64,000 nt of DNA from contig CAWHHI010000016.1 in NCBI GenBank assembly GCA_963829055.1, positions 160,001-224,000 of the forward strand, in the 5' to 3' direction. Source of the stretch: an uncultured Gemmatimonadaceae bacterium (GTDB lineage: Bacteria; Gemmatimonadota; Gemmatimonadetes; Gemmatimonadales; Gemmatimonadaceae). How positions within the stretch are numbered: the stretch's first letter is position 1; every line of letters starts with the position of its first letter. A program made the position numbers and the translations under genes. A model generated the notes under the pieces. It saw only the letters and a program-made list of their open reading frames with translations. It ran no database searches and was not told the origin of the DNA. Positions 54,281 through 64,000 of the stretch are shown here, piece by piece.

Positions 54281-54335
54281 GAGAACCCTCGGGTACTTCT
54301 CTCGCTAGAGAACGTCCCGGGGGTTTTCGCTTTTT
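54281..54335 (+). terminator. Probable intrinsic terminator after secA
   Basis: GAGAACCCTCGGG..TTCTCT-CGCT-AGAGAA..CCCGGGGGTTTTC stem followed by GCTTTTT. Confidence 0.65.
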
Positions 54336-54451
54336 CGACTGATGGCTGCGGCCCGGCTACTGTTTATGCCGTGTTTATGCTCGCCGACTTGGTTTCTGAT
54401 CGTTCTCGGGGCGTGCTCGAGACGTCACACTGAACTTCGGAGAGGTAATTC

Positions 54452-54817
54452 ATGAAGCTCACACGGATCGTCGCGCTCGCCGGCATGGTAGCGCTCGCCG
54501 CACCGGCTGCTGCATTTGCGCAGGGTGGTGGCGGTGGTCAGGGCGGGCGCGGCCGGCAGATGGAGATGCTGATGCAGGGCATCACGCTCACCGACGCGCA
54601 GAAGGCCTCGGTCGACTCGATCGGGCAGGTCTACCGCGCCCAGATGCCGCCCATGCAGCAGGGCACGCCGCCGGACTCGGCCACGCGGGCCAAGATGATG
54701 GCCGTGCGCCAGCAGCAGTACGCGGCCGTCCGCGCCGTCCTCACCCCCGAGCAGCAGAAGACCTTCGACAAGAACCTCGAGGAGATGCGCGCCAACGCCG
54801 CCAAGCCCAAGCCGTAG
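54452..54817 (+). CDS. Spy/CpxP-like periplasmic protein (LTxxQ motifs)
   Basis: Signal peptide; ITLTDAQK and VLTPEQQKTFD; GAGG RBS. Confidence 0.8.
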   Translation: MKLTRIVALAGMVALAAPAAAFAQGGGGGQGGRGRQMEMLMQGITLTDAQKASVDSIGQVYRAQMPPMQQGTPPDSATRAKMMAVRQQQYAAVRAVLTPEQQKTFDKNLEEMRANAAKPKP

Positions 54818-54863
54818 GCCCCTAACCTGCCGCGAAACGCCAGGACGGGTTCCCGTCCGGCTC

Positions 54864-54905
54864 CGGCCCTCCCACGGTTCATCGATACCGTGGGGGGGCC
54901 GTTTT
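54864..54905 (+). terminator. Intrinsic terminator
   Basis: CGGCCCTCCCACGGT-TCATCGAT-ACCGTGGGGGGGCCG followed by TTTT. Confidence 0.8.
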
Positions 54906-54974
54906 GCCTTCGCGAGTGGGACGGGACTGCCACGCAGTAAAGCGATGCCGATCGCGCCGGCGATGGCAGTAGGT

Positions 54975-55743
54975 ATGACGGACCTTCAACCGCAGGGTCC
55001 GATCGTGTCTACAGACCTACCACCGAACGTGATGTCCGGTGCTCGACAGAGTGCATTCAAAGGACTTAGTATTCGAGAGCTGCCGCGTGGGGAGCGACCG
55101 AGGGAACGTCTGAAGGCGCACGGAGCGCACGCCCTGAGCTCCGCCGAGCTGCTCGCGATCGTGCTCGGGACCGGTGCCGCAGGGCGGTCGTGCGCTGGCG
55201 CTGGCGCACGAGGTGCTCGCCTGGGCCGGCGGCTCGCTGCGACGAATAGCCGGTCAACCGGTGGCGGCGCTCACGAAGCTGGGCGGCATAGGATCGGCCC
55301 GCGCAATCGCGGTGCATGCGGCGCTGGAACTCGGTCGCCGGGCGGCGGGCGAGGAACGGGAGGACGGCGCACCCATGCGGTCGCCGAGGGACGTTTTCGC
55401 GGTCTTCGCGCCGCGCCTGGAGGATCTGCCGGTGGAGGAATTTCACGTCGCGGTGCTCGATTCGCAGCACCGGCTGGAACGCGACGTGACGATAACGCGT
55501 GGGATCCTGAATTCTTCGTTGGTGCACCCGCGGGAGGTATTCCGTGAAGCGATCGCCGAGCGCGCGGCGGCGGTGATCCTGGTGCACAATCATCCAAGCG
55601 GTGACCCGACGCCGTCGGCCGACGACCGAGTCGTGACGGAGCAGCTCGCGGCGGCGGGACGGTTGCTGGACATTCCGGTTCACGACCACGTCATCATCGG
55701 ACGGGGGCGGTACACGAGCTTCGCGGAGGCAGGGTTGTTGTGA
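54975..55743 (+). CDS. radC: RadC (JAB/MPN domain) protein, frameshift near 55190
   Basis: ERPRERLKAHGAHALSSAELLAIVLGTG in ORF 54945; VHPREVFREAI..HNHPSGDPTPSADD..DHVIIG in ORF 55174. Confidence 0.9.
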
Positions 55744-55798
55744 AGGACGGCGTGACGAGTAGCCCATCGTGCCTAACGATCGTGACCGTGGGGCGTCC

Positions 55799-57985
55799 AT
55801 GACGTCGACGGCGCCCACCCCGATCACCATTCCGGGCTGGACCAGCCCCGCCACACCCCTGCGCGAGGGGCTCGACCAGGAGCTGCTCCTCCGCGCGTAC
55901 AAGTACAGCGAACGCGCGCATGCCGGCCAGACGCGGTCGTCCGGCGAGCCCTACGTGTCGCACTGCGTCGAGGTCGCGCACATCCTGGCCGACCTGCACC
56001 TCGACTCCGTCACGGTCGCGAGCGGCCTCATTCACGACGTCGTCGAGGACACCGCGATCACGGTCGCCGACGTCGAGCAGGAGTTCGGGAAGGAGATCGC
56101 GCAGATCGTCGACGGGCTGACGAAGATCGGAAACCTGCCGCTCAACTCGACGCAGGAACGACAGGTCGAGAACTACCGGAAGCTGCTGCTGTCCATCGCG
56201 AAGGATGTGCGGGTCATCCTGATCAAGCTCGCCGACCGACTGCACAACATGCGCACGCTCGACTGGCTGCCGCCGGAGAAGCGCCGCCGCATCGCGCAGG
56301 AAACGCGCGACCTGTACGCGCCGCTCGCGCACCGCTTCGGTATGGCGAAGATGCGGTGGGAGCTCGAGGACCTGGCGTTCAAGCATCTCGAGCCGGATGA
56401 CTACCGCTCGCTCGCGAAGCTCGTGGCGCAGAAGCGCGGCGAGCGCGAGGACCTCATCGCGCGCATGCGCGATCCGCTCGAGCGTTCGCTCAAGAGCGCG
56501 GGCATCAAGGACGTGGACGTCACGGGACGGCCGAAGCATCTCTGGTCGATCTTCAAGAAGATGCAGAAGCGCGACAAGCCGTACGACGAGATCTACGACC
56601 TGCTCGCCATCCGGGTGCTCGTGAACAGCGTTCCCGACTGCTATCACACGTTAGGCGTGATTCACGACGGGTGGACGCCGCTGCAGGAGCGCATCAAGGA
56701 TTACATCGCGCAGCCGAAGTCGAACGGCTACCAGTCGCTGCACACGACGGTGTTCGGGCCGTCGCGGCAGCTGTTCGAGATTCAGATCCGTACGCGGGAG
56801 ATGCATCGCACCGCGGAGTTCGGCATCGCGGCGCACTGGCTGTACAAGGGCGGCAACGAGAAGTCCGATGAGCTGGATCGCCACCTGGCGTGGTTCCGTC
56901 AGGTGCTCGAGGTGCAACTGGACGCCAAGACGCCTGACGAGTTCCTGGAATTCCTCAAGCTCGATCTCTTCCAGGACGAGATCTTCGTCTTCACGCCCAC
57001 GGGCGATGTCATTCAGCTTCCGAAGGGCGCGACGCCGATCGACTTCGCGTTCGCGGTGCATACGGAAATCGGGTTGCACTGTGCTGGGGCGAAGGTGAAC
57101 GGCCGCATTGCGCCGCTCTCGCGCCAACTCAAGAACTCGGAGACGGTCGAGATCATCCGGTCCGCGAACGCACGACCGAGCCGGGACTGGCTCGCTCACG
57201 TGCGCACCGGTCGCGCACGGCACAAGATCCGGCAGTGGCTCCGGCACGAAGAGCACGCCACGTCCGCCAAGCTCGGACGCGAGATTCTCGAGCGCGAGCT
57301 CAAGCGTCGTCGACTGGCGAAGCCGGAGGATGCAGAGCTCGAGGCGGCTGCGAAGGCCTTCAACCTGAACGACGCCAATCACCTCATCGCGTCGATCGGC
57401 CAGGGCGATCTCAACATCGGGCAGGTGTTGAATGCCATGCGACCGGACCTGGAGACGTCGGCCGAGCATCAGTCGAAGCCGACGGCCATCGAGCGTCTGG
57501 TCGAACGGATGCGTGGGACACCGAAGGGCGTTCGCATTCAGGGCGCGGATGGGTTGATGGTCCGCTACGCGCAGTGCTGTCAACCGGTTCCCGGCGATAC
57601 TGTCGTCGGCTACGTGACGCGCGGGCGCGGCGTGAGCATCCATCGTGGCGACTGTCCGAATCTCCTGATGCTCGCGCACGAGCCGGAACGACGTCTCGAG
57701 ATCGACTGGCAGCAGCAGGAGGGCGAGCGCTTCATCGTTAGGCTCGTGCTCGAGGGCTCGGATCGGCGCGGCCTGTACGCGGACATCGCCGGCGCCGTGT
57801 CCGGTGCAGGGACCGACATCCGCAGCATGGAGCTCAAGACCGTCGACGGTCGTGTGAGCGGCTCCGCCCTCGTCGAGGTCGAGAACCTCGCGCACCTGCA
57901 GAAGATCATCAAAGCCGCTCGGCGTGTGAAAGGCATTACGGAAGTCGCTCGTCGTGAGCGCATCTCCACTGACGACGACGCGTAA
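55799..57985 (+). CDS. rel: Bifunctional (p)ppGpp synthetase/hydrolase (long RSH)
   Basis: HD motif IHDVVEDT, KLADRLHNMRT, YQSLHTT, TGS domain ATPIDFAF, and CC plus ACT domains. Confidence 0.95.
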   Translation: MTSTAPTPITIPGWTSPATPLREGLDQELLLRAYKYSERAHAGQTRSSGEPYVSHCVEVAHILADLHLDSVTVASGLIHDVVEDTAITVADVEQEFGKEIAQIVDGLTKIGNLPLNSTQERQVENYRKLLLSIAKDVRVILIKLADRLHNMRTLDWLPPEKRRRIAQETRDLYAPLAHRFGMAKMRWELEDLAFKHLEPDDYRSLAKLVAQKRGEREDLIARMRDPLERSLKSAGIKDVDVTGRPKHLWSIFKKMQKRDKPYDEIYDLLAIRVLVNSVPDCYHTLGVIHDGWTPLQERIKDYIAQPKSNGYQSLHTTVFGPSRQLFEIQIRTREMHRTAEFGIAAHWLYKGGNEKSDELDRHLAWFRQVLEVQLDAKTPDEFLEFLKLDLFQDEIFVFTPTGDVIQLPKGATPIDFAFAVHTEIGLHCAGAKVNGRIAPLSRQLKNSETVEIIRSANARPSRDWLAHVRTGRARHKIRQWLRHEEHATSAKLGREILERELKRRRLAKPEDAELEAAAKAFNLNDANHLIASIGQGDLNIGQVLNAMRPDLETSAEHQSKPTAIERLVERMRGTPKGVRIQGADGLMVRYAQCCQPVPGDTVVGYVTRGRGVSIHRGDCPNLLMLAHEPERRLEIDWQQQEGERFIVRLVLEGSDRRGLYADIAGAVSGAGTDIRSMELKTVDGRVSGSALVEVENLAHLQKIIKAARRVKGITEVARRERISTDDDA

Positions 57986-58155
57986 TCCCGGGTCGAGATC
58001 GTGGGCCTCGGGGAGCCATTTTCGTCCCGTCGGCACGCATGAGGCGCTTGGCACGCGGATGTGGCGCTCTGACCGCTTGGCTGCGGAAGCCGTAGCGCCG
58101 TCCGGCGCTTGAAGCGGACCGAACAAACTCCGACGCGGGGCATTATATTGCGCCC

Positions 58156-60216
58156 ATGCCTCGCGCCGAATTCGTCCTCCAAGCCCCTTTCGAGCCCGCG
58201 GGCGATCAGCCAAAGGCCATCGCCGAGCTGACAGCGGGGCTCGAGCGCGGCGACCGATTCCAGACGCTGCTCGGAGTCACCGGCTCCGGCAAGACGATGA
58301 CGATGGCGAACGTCATCAAGCAGTACGGACGGCCGACGCTCGTGCTGTCGCACAACAAGACGCTCGCGGCGCAGCTGTACGGCGAGTTGAAGGGCTTCTT
58401 CCCGAACAACGCCGTCGAGTACTTCATCTCGTACTACGACTACTATCAGCCCGAGGCGTACGTCCCCTCGAGCGATACGTACATCGAGAAGGATGCGTCG
58501 ATCAACGAGGACATCGATCGACTCCGGCTGCGGGCGACATCGAGTCTCATGGAGCGCGATGACGTCGTCATCGTCTCCACCGTCTCCGCCATCTACGGCT
58601 TGGGCGACCCGATCGAATACCGCGAGCGCATGGTCAGTCTGCAGAAGGGGCAGACGATTCCGCGCAACGAGATCCTGCGCGCCCTCGTCGGTATTCAATA
58701 CAACCGAAACGACGTCGCGTTCGAGCGCGGCACGTTCCGCGTTAGGGGTGACACCGTCGAGATTCTCCCCGCCTACGAAGAGCAGGGGGTTCGCGTCGAG
58801 CTGTGGGGCGACGAGATCGAGCGGATCTCGAAGATCAATCCGATCACGGGCGAGACGATCGCGGTGCTCGAGCGCGCGGCGATCTACCCAGCGAAGCACT
58901 TCATCACGTCTCGCCCGACGCTCGAACGAGCGGTCGGCGCAATTCGCCAGGAGCTCGGCGAACGGCTCGAAGTGCTGCGCCGCGATGGGAAGCTGCTCGA
59001 GGCGCAACGGCTGGAGTCTCGCACGAACTTCGACATCGAGATGATGATGGAGATCGGCACGTGCGCGGGCATCGAGAACTACTCGCGGCACCTGTCGGGT
59101 CGTGTGGCGGGAGAACGGCCGGCGTGTCTGTTCGACTATTTCCCCGAGGACTTCCTCGTCGTCGTCGACGAGTCGCACGTGACGCTGCCGCAGATCCGCG
59201 GTATGTACAACGGTGACCGTGCGCGAAAGCTCACGCTCGTGGACTATGGGTTCCGCCTGCCGAGCGCGCTGGATAACCGCCCGCTCGTGTTCGACGAGTT
59301 TCTCGCGCTGACGCCGCGTGCCGTGATGGTGAGCGCGACGCCGGCGGAGCTGGAGCTCCAGCTGTCCGAGGGCGTCGTCGTCGAGCAGATCATCCGTCCG
59401 ACGGGGCTGCTGGATCCGGAGATCGAGATCCGCCCGGTGCGCGGACAGGTCGACGACCTTCTGAACGAGATCCGCATCCGCGAGCGGCGCGGCGAGCGCG
59501 TGCTGGTTACGACCCTCACCAAGCGCATGTCGGAGGATCTGACCGACTACCTGCAGCAGATGGGTGTCCGCGTTAGGTACATGCACTCCGACATCGACGC
59601 CATCGAGCGCATGGAGATCGTGCGCGGTTTGCGACTGGGCGAGTTCGACGTCCTGGTTGGCATCAACCTGCTCCGCGAAGGCCTCGACATGCCCGAGGTG
59701 TCGCTGGTGGCGATCCTCGATGCCGATCAGGAGGGCTTCCTGCGCAGTGATCGCTCGCTGATCCAGACCGTCGGCCGCGCGGCGCGACACGTCTCGGGGC
59801 GGGCGATCTTCTACGCCGATCGTATGACGGGCTCGATGGAGCGCTGCATCCAGGAGACGAACCGCCGTCGCGAGACGCAGCGGCTGCATAACGAGGCAAC
59901 CGGTGTCGTCCCGCGTGGCGTGGAGAAGAGCATCGAGCAGGTGCGGTTCATCACGCGCGTCGCGGACGCGAGAGAAGGCCGAGAGGAACGCGAGCGCAAC
60001 GCGAAGAAGGTGGCCGAGTCGGCCGCGTCGTACGGTGAAGAGGATCGGGCGACGACGATCGAGCGCCTCGAGCGCGAGATGCGGGAGGCCGCGGCGAACC
60101 TCGACTTCGAGACAGCCGCTCGGCTCCGTGACCAGCTGTTCGAGCTCAAGGCCAAGGCGGCCGGCAACGTTGCGCGCTCGCGCGGCGCGTTTGCGGACAT
60201 CCGGGCGCACAGCTGA
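58156..60216 (+). CDS. uvrB: Excinuclease ABC subunit B
   Basis: [31 protein letters not shown] and [11 protein letters not shown]-terminal UVR domain. Confidence 0.98.
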   Translation: MPRAEFVLQAPFEPAGDQPKAIAELTAGLERGDRFQTLLGVTGSGKTMTMANVIKQYGRPTLVLSHNKTLAAQLYGELKGFFPNNAVEYFISYYDYYQPEAYVPSSDTYIEKDASINEDIDRLRLRATSSLMERDDVVIVSTVSAIYGLGDPIEYRERMVSLQKGQTIPRNEILRALVGIQYNRNDVAFERGTFRVRGDTVEILPAYEEQGVRVELWGDEIERISKINPITGETIAVLERAAIYPAKHFITSRPTLERAVGAIRQELGERLEVLRRDGKLLEAQRLESRTNFDIEMMMEIGTCAGIENYSRHLSGRVAGERPACLFDYFPEDFLVVVDESHVTLPQIRGMYNGDRARKLTLVDYGFRLPSALDNRPLVFDEFLALTPRAVMVSATPAELELQLSEGVVVEQIIRPTGLLDPEIEIRPVRGQVDDLLNEIRIRERRGERVLVTTLTKRMSEDLTDYLQQMGVRVRYMHSDIDAIERMEIVRGLRLGEFDVLVGINLLREGLDMPEVSLVAILDADQEGFLRSDRSLIQTVGRAARHVSGRAIFYADRMTGSMERCIQETNRRRETQRLHNEATGVVPRGVEKSIEQVRFITRVADAREGREERERNAKKVAESAASYGEEDRATTIERLEREMREAAANLDFETAARLRDQLFELKAKAAGNVARSRGAFADIRAHS

Positions 60217-60224
60217 CGACCCGG

Positions 60225-60680
60225 ATGCAACCGTTCCACCACCTCGTGCCGGCGCTCGCGCCGCGCGGCCGCGTCACGATGACGCGTGCCGAGCTCGTGG
60301 CGTGGGGTGAGTCGTTCGGACGCGCCGCAACGCCACCGCTCGTCATCGCCCTCGCGGGGGATCTCGGAGCAGGGAAGACGACGCTCACGCAGGCCATCTG
60401 TGCCGGCTATGGCGTGACCGAGCCGGTGACGAGTCCGACGTTCGCCATCGTGCATCGCTACGAGGCGCCGAGGTCGCCGGTCTATCACCTCGATCTGTAC
60501 CGGCTCGACAAGCCGTCGGAGCTCGTGAACATCGGGTGGGACGAGATCGCCGCTTCCCATGCGCTCGTGATCGTGGAATGGCCCGAGCGTGCGGGTGAGC
60601 TGATTCCGCCGCAGCACGTGCCCATCGACCTCGAGTACGCGCCGTCGGATCCGGAGCGTCGCGTTCTCCTGGCAGGGTGA
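60225..60680 (+). CDS. tsaE: tRNA threonylcarbamoyladenosine biosynthesis ATPase
   Basis: GDLGAGKTT, VTSPTF, YHLDLYRL and VEWP. Confidence 0.95.
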   Translation: MQPFHHLVPALAPRGRVTMTRAELVAWGESFGRAATPPLVIALAGDLGAGKTTLTQAICAGYGVTEPVTSPTFAIVHRYEAPRSPVYHLDLYRLDKPSELVNIGWDEIAASHALVIVEWPERAGELIPPQHVPIDLEYAPSDPERRVLLAG

Positions 60681-60681
60681 C

Positions 60682-61341
60682 GTGATCGCGCTCGCCCTCG
60701 AGGCATCGACCTACACGGGCAGCGTCGCCGTCATTCGCGACGGCGTCGTCATCGCCGAAGAGACGACCGCTATGCGGGGCGAGCGCGAAGAGCGACTCAT
60801 GCCGGCTGTCGCGGCGTCACTCGAGCGGGCCGGTGTCGCGCCTAACGCGATCGAGCGGGTCGTCTGTGGTGCTGGGCCGGGAAGCTTCACGAGTCTGCGC
60901 ATTGCCGGGTCGATCGCCAAGGGACTCGCCCTCGCGTCGCGGGCGACGCTTCATCCCGTGTCGTCGCTGCTGCTGATCGTTGCCGGCGCGCGCGTGTCAC
61001 TCGTACCAGGACACTACGTGGCGGTGCTCGACGCGATGCGTGGCGACGTGTTCGCCGCGGCATTTTCGGTGACCGATTCGTCCATCGTACCCATCTCGGA
61101 GACGACTATCGTAGCGCGGGCAGAGCTCGCGGCGTTCGCGCGCGAGCACGCAGGACGATTGATCGGACCGGCCGAGGAGTTGGCGGTGGCGCCGCATGCA
61201 CGCGGAGCGGCGGTCCTCGGGGAATTGGTGCCGTGGCCGGAAGCCGCATCGGTGGCGGCGTGGGAGCCGACATACGGGCGACTGGCGGAAGCCCAGGTGA
61301 AGTGGGAAGCTGCGCACGGACGTGCGTTGACCCCGGGATGA
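60682..61341 (+). CDS. tsaB: tRNA threonylcarbamoyladenosine biosynthesis protein
   Basis: LALEAST, GPGSFTSLRI, DAMRGDV and EPTYGR. Confidence 0.92.
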   Translation: MIALALEASTYTGSVAVIRDGVVIAEETTAMRGEREERLMPAVAASLERAGVAPNAIERVVCGAGPGSFTSLRIAGSIAKGLALASRATLHPVSSLLLIVAGARVSLVPGHYVAVLDAMRGDVFAAAFSVTDSSIVPISETTIVARAELAAFAREHAGRLIGPAEELAVAPHARGAAVLGELVPWPEAASVAAWEPTYGRLAEAQVKWEAAHGRALTPG

Positions 61342-61827
61342 CCGACGCCGCGTCGGGAAGCGGCGCGAGCGGTTCCGCCGCGCCACCTCACCATCCGCAG
61401 TGCTCGCCGCGACGACGTCGACGACGTGGCGGCGATCGAACGGCGCGCGTTCAGCGATCCGTGGTCCGCGAACTCGTTCCGGGCGCTATTCGGGAATCCA
61501 CTCGTGCACTTCGCTGTCGCGGAGGACGCGCTCACGGGACAGGTCGTCGGGTACGTCGTGATGTGGTTCGTGGTGGACGAATCGGAGATCGCGAACCTCG
61601 CGGTCTCCGACACGCTCCGGCGCGCCGGTGTTGGGGCGCGGTTGCTCGATCACGCGCTCGAGGCCGCGCAGACGCGGCAGTGCGCGGTGGTGTTTCTGGA
61701 GGTCCGGGAGTCGAATGGGCCGGCGCGCGCCCTGTACGCCTCGCGCGGGTTCGAGATTGCGGGGCGGCGGTCCAAGTATTACCGAAAACCGGTTGAAGAC
61801 GCACTCGTTCTTCGGCGGGCTTTGTGA
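61338..61827 (+). CDS. rimI: Ribosomal-protein-alanine N-acetyltransferase (apparent frameshift near 61385 if ATG 61338 is the start)
   Basis: IERRAFSDPWS, EIANLAV, FLEVRESN, RSKYY and EDALVL; follows tsaB. Confidence 0.88.
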
Positions 61828-61953
61828 CATATCTTGCAGCGCCCGATCGCGTTCGCAACGAAACTGCTTGATGCGCGCCGCTTTGTTTGCGGCCGTGTCG
61901 GCTCCAACCCCTACTTTCCGCGGCGAGCACTACTTCACTCGCCAGGAGGAATC

Positions 61954-62445
61954 GTGAGCCGAAGCTTGAACAAGGTGACCTTGATCGGAAATCTCGGGGC
62001 CGATCCCGAGATTCGATCGACTACAGGCGGCAATCGTGTTGCGACCTTTTCACTCGCCACGAGTCGTTCATGGAGCAGCCCATCGGGTGAGAAGCAGGAA
62101 AAAACCGAATGGCACCGCTGCGTCGTCTGGAATACGAAGGGATCGCAGCTCGCCGACATTGTAGAGAAGTACGTCAAGAAGGGCGACAAGATCTACGTCG
62201 AGGGACGCATCGAGTACCGGCAGTGGACGGACAAGGAAGGCCAGACCCGGTACAGCACCGAGATCAACGTGCGTGAGCTGCTTATGCTGGGCGGCGGCCG
62301 CGGCGGCGGCGACTCCGAGGGAAGCCCCGGAATCACTCGCAGCCGCGCTCCAGAACGCGCCAAGAGCGCGGCTGGTGCGGCCGGCGATGACTTCGAGGAC
62401 TTTCCTGGAGCGCTGAATGACGAGGATGACGATCTTCCGTTCTAA
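61954..62445 (+). CDS. ssb: Single-stranded DNA-binding protein
   Basis: AGGAGG RBS; SLNKVTLIGNLGADPE, TEWHRCV and the DDDLPF tail. Confidence 0.97.
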   Translation: MSRSLNKVTLIGNLGADPEIRSTTGGNRVATFSLATSRSWSSPSGEKQEKTEWHRCVVWNTKGSQLADIVEKYVKKGDKIYVEGRIEYRQWTDKEGQTRYSTEINVRELLMLGGGRGGGDSEGSPGITRSRAPERAKSAAGAAGDDFEDFPGALNDEDDDLPF

Positions 62446-62449
62446 CCGA

Positions 62450-63611
62450 ATGGCGATCGCGATGGTGGGGGCCTTGATGGCCCCCACTTTCGCCTTCAGC
62501 CAGGATTCGACTGTGACATCGCGCACACACGTCGTGCGCAAGGGCGATACGCTGTGGGACATCGCTCGCGAGTACACCAACAACCCGTATCGCTGGAAGC
62601 AGGTCTATGACCTGAATACGGCGACGGTGCGCGATCCGCACTGGATCTATCCCGGCGAGCGACTCGTATTGCCGGGCGCCGCGGCGGTGGACAACACCGC
62701 GACCGCTGCGTCGCCGGCGCCGCTCGCGCTCGTTCAGCCGAAGAACGCGCGAAGCCGCAACCGAGCCTATGTCGCAGCCGACGGTGGATCTGTCGACCGC
62801 GCCGATGTACGCACCGCTGGATGGCCCGACGGTGTTCCGTCGCGCGTCGAACGATCGGCCGCGCTCAGTCGTTCCGCGATCGATGCAGGCCGTGCAGATG
62901 CAGTCTCGGGAAGCCGCGCCGACCATTCGGCCTGGTGAGTTCTACACCGCGCCCTACGTCGAGCGCGCCGGCGGGCCTCCGAATGCCGGTCGCATCGTCG
63001 GCACCGGCGATGTTCCGGGCATTCCGCTTACGGAAGCCGAGCGCCCGCTGCAGTCGAACGAACGGATCTTCATCACCGTGCCGCCAGGCATGTCGTCCGC
63101 GGCGGGCGCCCGTTACCTCGCCCTTGGTCGTGGACCGTTGCTGGAAGGCCTTGGTCAGGTCATGATCCCCACCGCGATTGTCGTCGTCGAGCGCGCACAG
63201 CCAGGTCAGGCGGTCGAAGCGCGCATCGTTGCACGCTATGCGGCGGTCGAGATCGGCAACGAGCTCGTCGTGATGGAACCAGCGCCAACGGGCGTCCAGC
63301 GCCCCGTCCCGCAGACGAACGGCCTTCGAACGTCAGTCGTGTGGACGCTCGGCGGACCAGTCCTGCCTTCGCTTCAATCGTACGTCGTCGTTGGCGGCGG
63401 ATCGGCGACGGGCATGCGCGTCGGCGACCAGATCACGTTCTATCGCGAGCAGCGCACGACCCTCGACGGCGTGGTGCTTCCGGAGAGCGAGATCGGGGTG
63501 GCGCAGATTGTCCGCGTGACCGCGCAGGCGTCCACCGCCCTCGTGATCGATCAGTCGTACGGCGCGATCAGCGAAGGGACCGCTGCGCGCGTCTCGGCAA
63601 AGATGCCGTAG
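62450..63611 (+). CDS. LysM peptidoglycan-binding domain protein (frameshift near 62750)
   Basis: Signal peptide plus HVVRKGDTLWDIA...DPHWIYPGERL; continues in ORF 62769-63611. Confidence 0.8.
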
Positions 63612-63897
63612 GCCCCAGGCCTGGTTACATTAGGGCGACCGTGACTCTGCGATCGCCCTCATGATTGGTACGGATGGCGCAGCGGCGCCGCGGCTTCGGC
63701 CGCGGCGCCGCTTGCACATTGATTCGCTTACTGGTTTGCCCATTGAGCGGTCGCGCGTCTGAATGTGATCGAAGGCACGTCGTGCGTGGGACACGTGACC
63801 AGGCGTGAGCCGTTGGTCTGCACGACGACACGAACCACCACCTCAAGACGGTTTCCCGCGATGCTGCGCCTTCCTGATTCCACCGAGGCACGCTGAC

Positions 63898-64000
63898 GTG
63901 CCACGAGCTCTCGTGACCGGCGGTGCCGGCTTCATCGGATCACACGTCGCTGATCTGTACCTCGAGAACGGGTACGAGGTGACGATTCTCGACAACTTTG
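63898..64000 (+). CDS. NAD-dependent epimerase/dehydratase (partial; runs off the window end)
   Basis: GTG start; [33 protein letters not shown]. Confidence 0.85.
   Translation, partial: MPRALVTGGAGFIGSHVADLYLENGYEVTILDNF

Noticed and set aside
54975..55743. radC as a mobile-element marker or true pseudogene
   Set aside because: It is the full-length chromosomal type among housekeeping genes, and its single frameshift matches the window-wide indel pattern.
50826..60210. Long antisense ORFs (e.g. 50826-53438, 56651-58213, 57610-60210; also 637-2337 and 40696-42477)
   Set aside because: These are shadow frames of well-supported genes, as expected in GC-rich DNA, and carry no recognisable motifs.

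Overview
GC-rich bacterial chromosomal window, probably Gemmatimonadota (inferred from gene content and protein style, not searched). Most of it is core genome: amino-sugar uptake and catabolism, an inositol-phosphate gene pair, a 2-oxoacid dehydrogenase E1a/E1b/E2 cluster, trxB, tRNA-Leu(CAG), smpB, pyrD/pyrF, the rpmJ-rpsM-rpsK-rpsD-rpoA-rplQ-rpmB operon, carB, bamD, nadD, secA, radC, rel, uvrB, tsaE/tsaB/rimI and ssb. A surface-polysaccharide region spans ~29-49 kb (gmd, wbpD/B/E/A-like genes, wzi-wza-wzc, ugd, uxs-like). The best candidate for a new system lies inside it, coupled directly behind wzc. It is a five-gene RiPP-like cassette: a nucleotidyltransferase fused to an S24/S26 peptidase, an HprK-like P-loop kinase, a PqqD/RRE protein, a radical SAM/SPASM enzyme and a 58-aa precursor missing from the ORF track (46600-46776; leader motif RRPYEPPAV, two-Cys core). 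A second signal is the non-palindromic word GTTAGG(C)/(G)CCTAAC, counted by eye at least 46 times, mostly inside genes and in several reading frames. Heptamer tandem/inverted repeats also occur, some in-frame in proteins. About eight single-base frameshifts in otherwise intact genes suggest sequencing or assembly indel errors rather than true pseudogenes.
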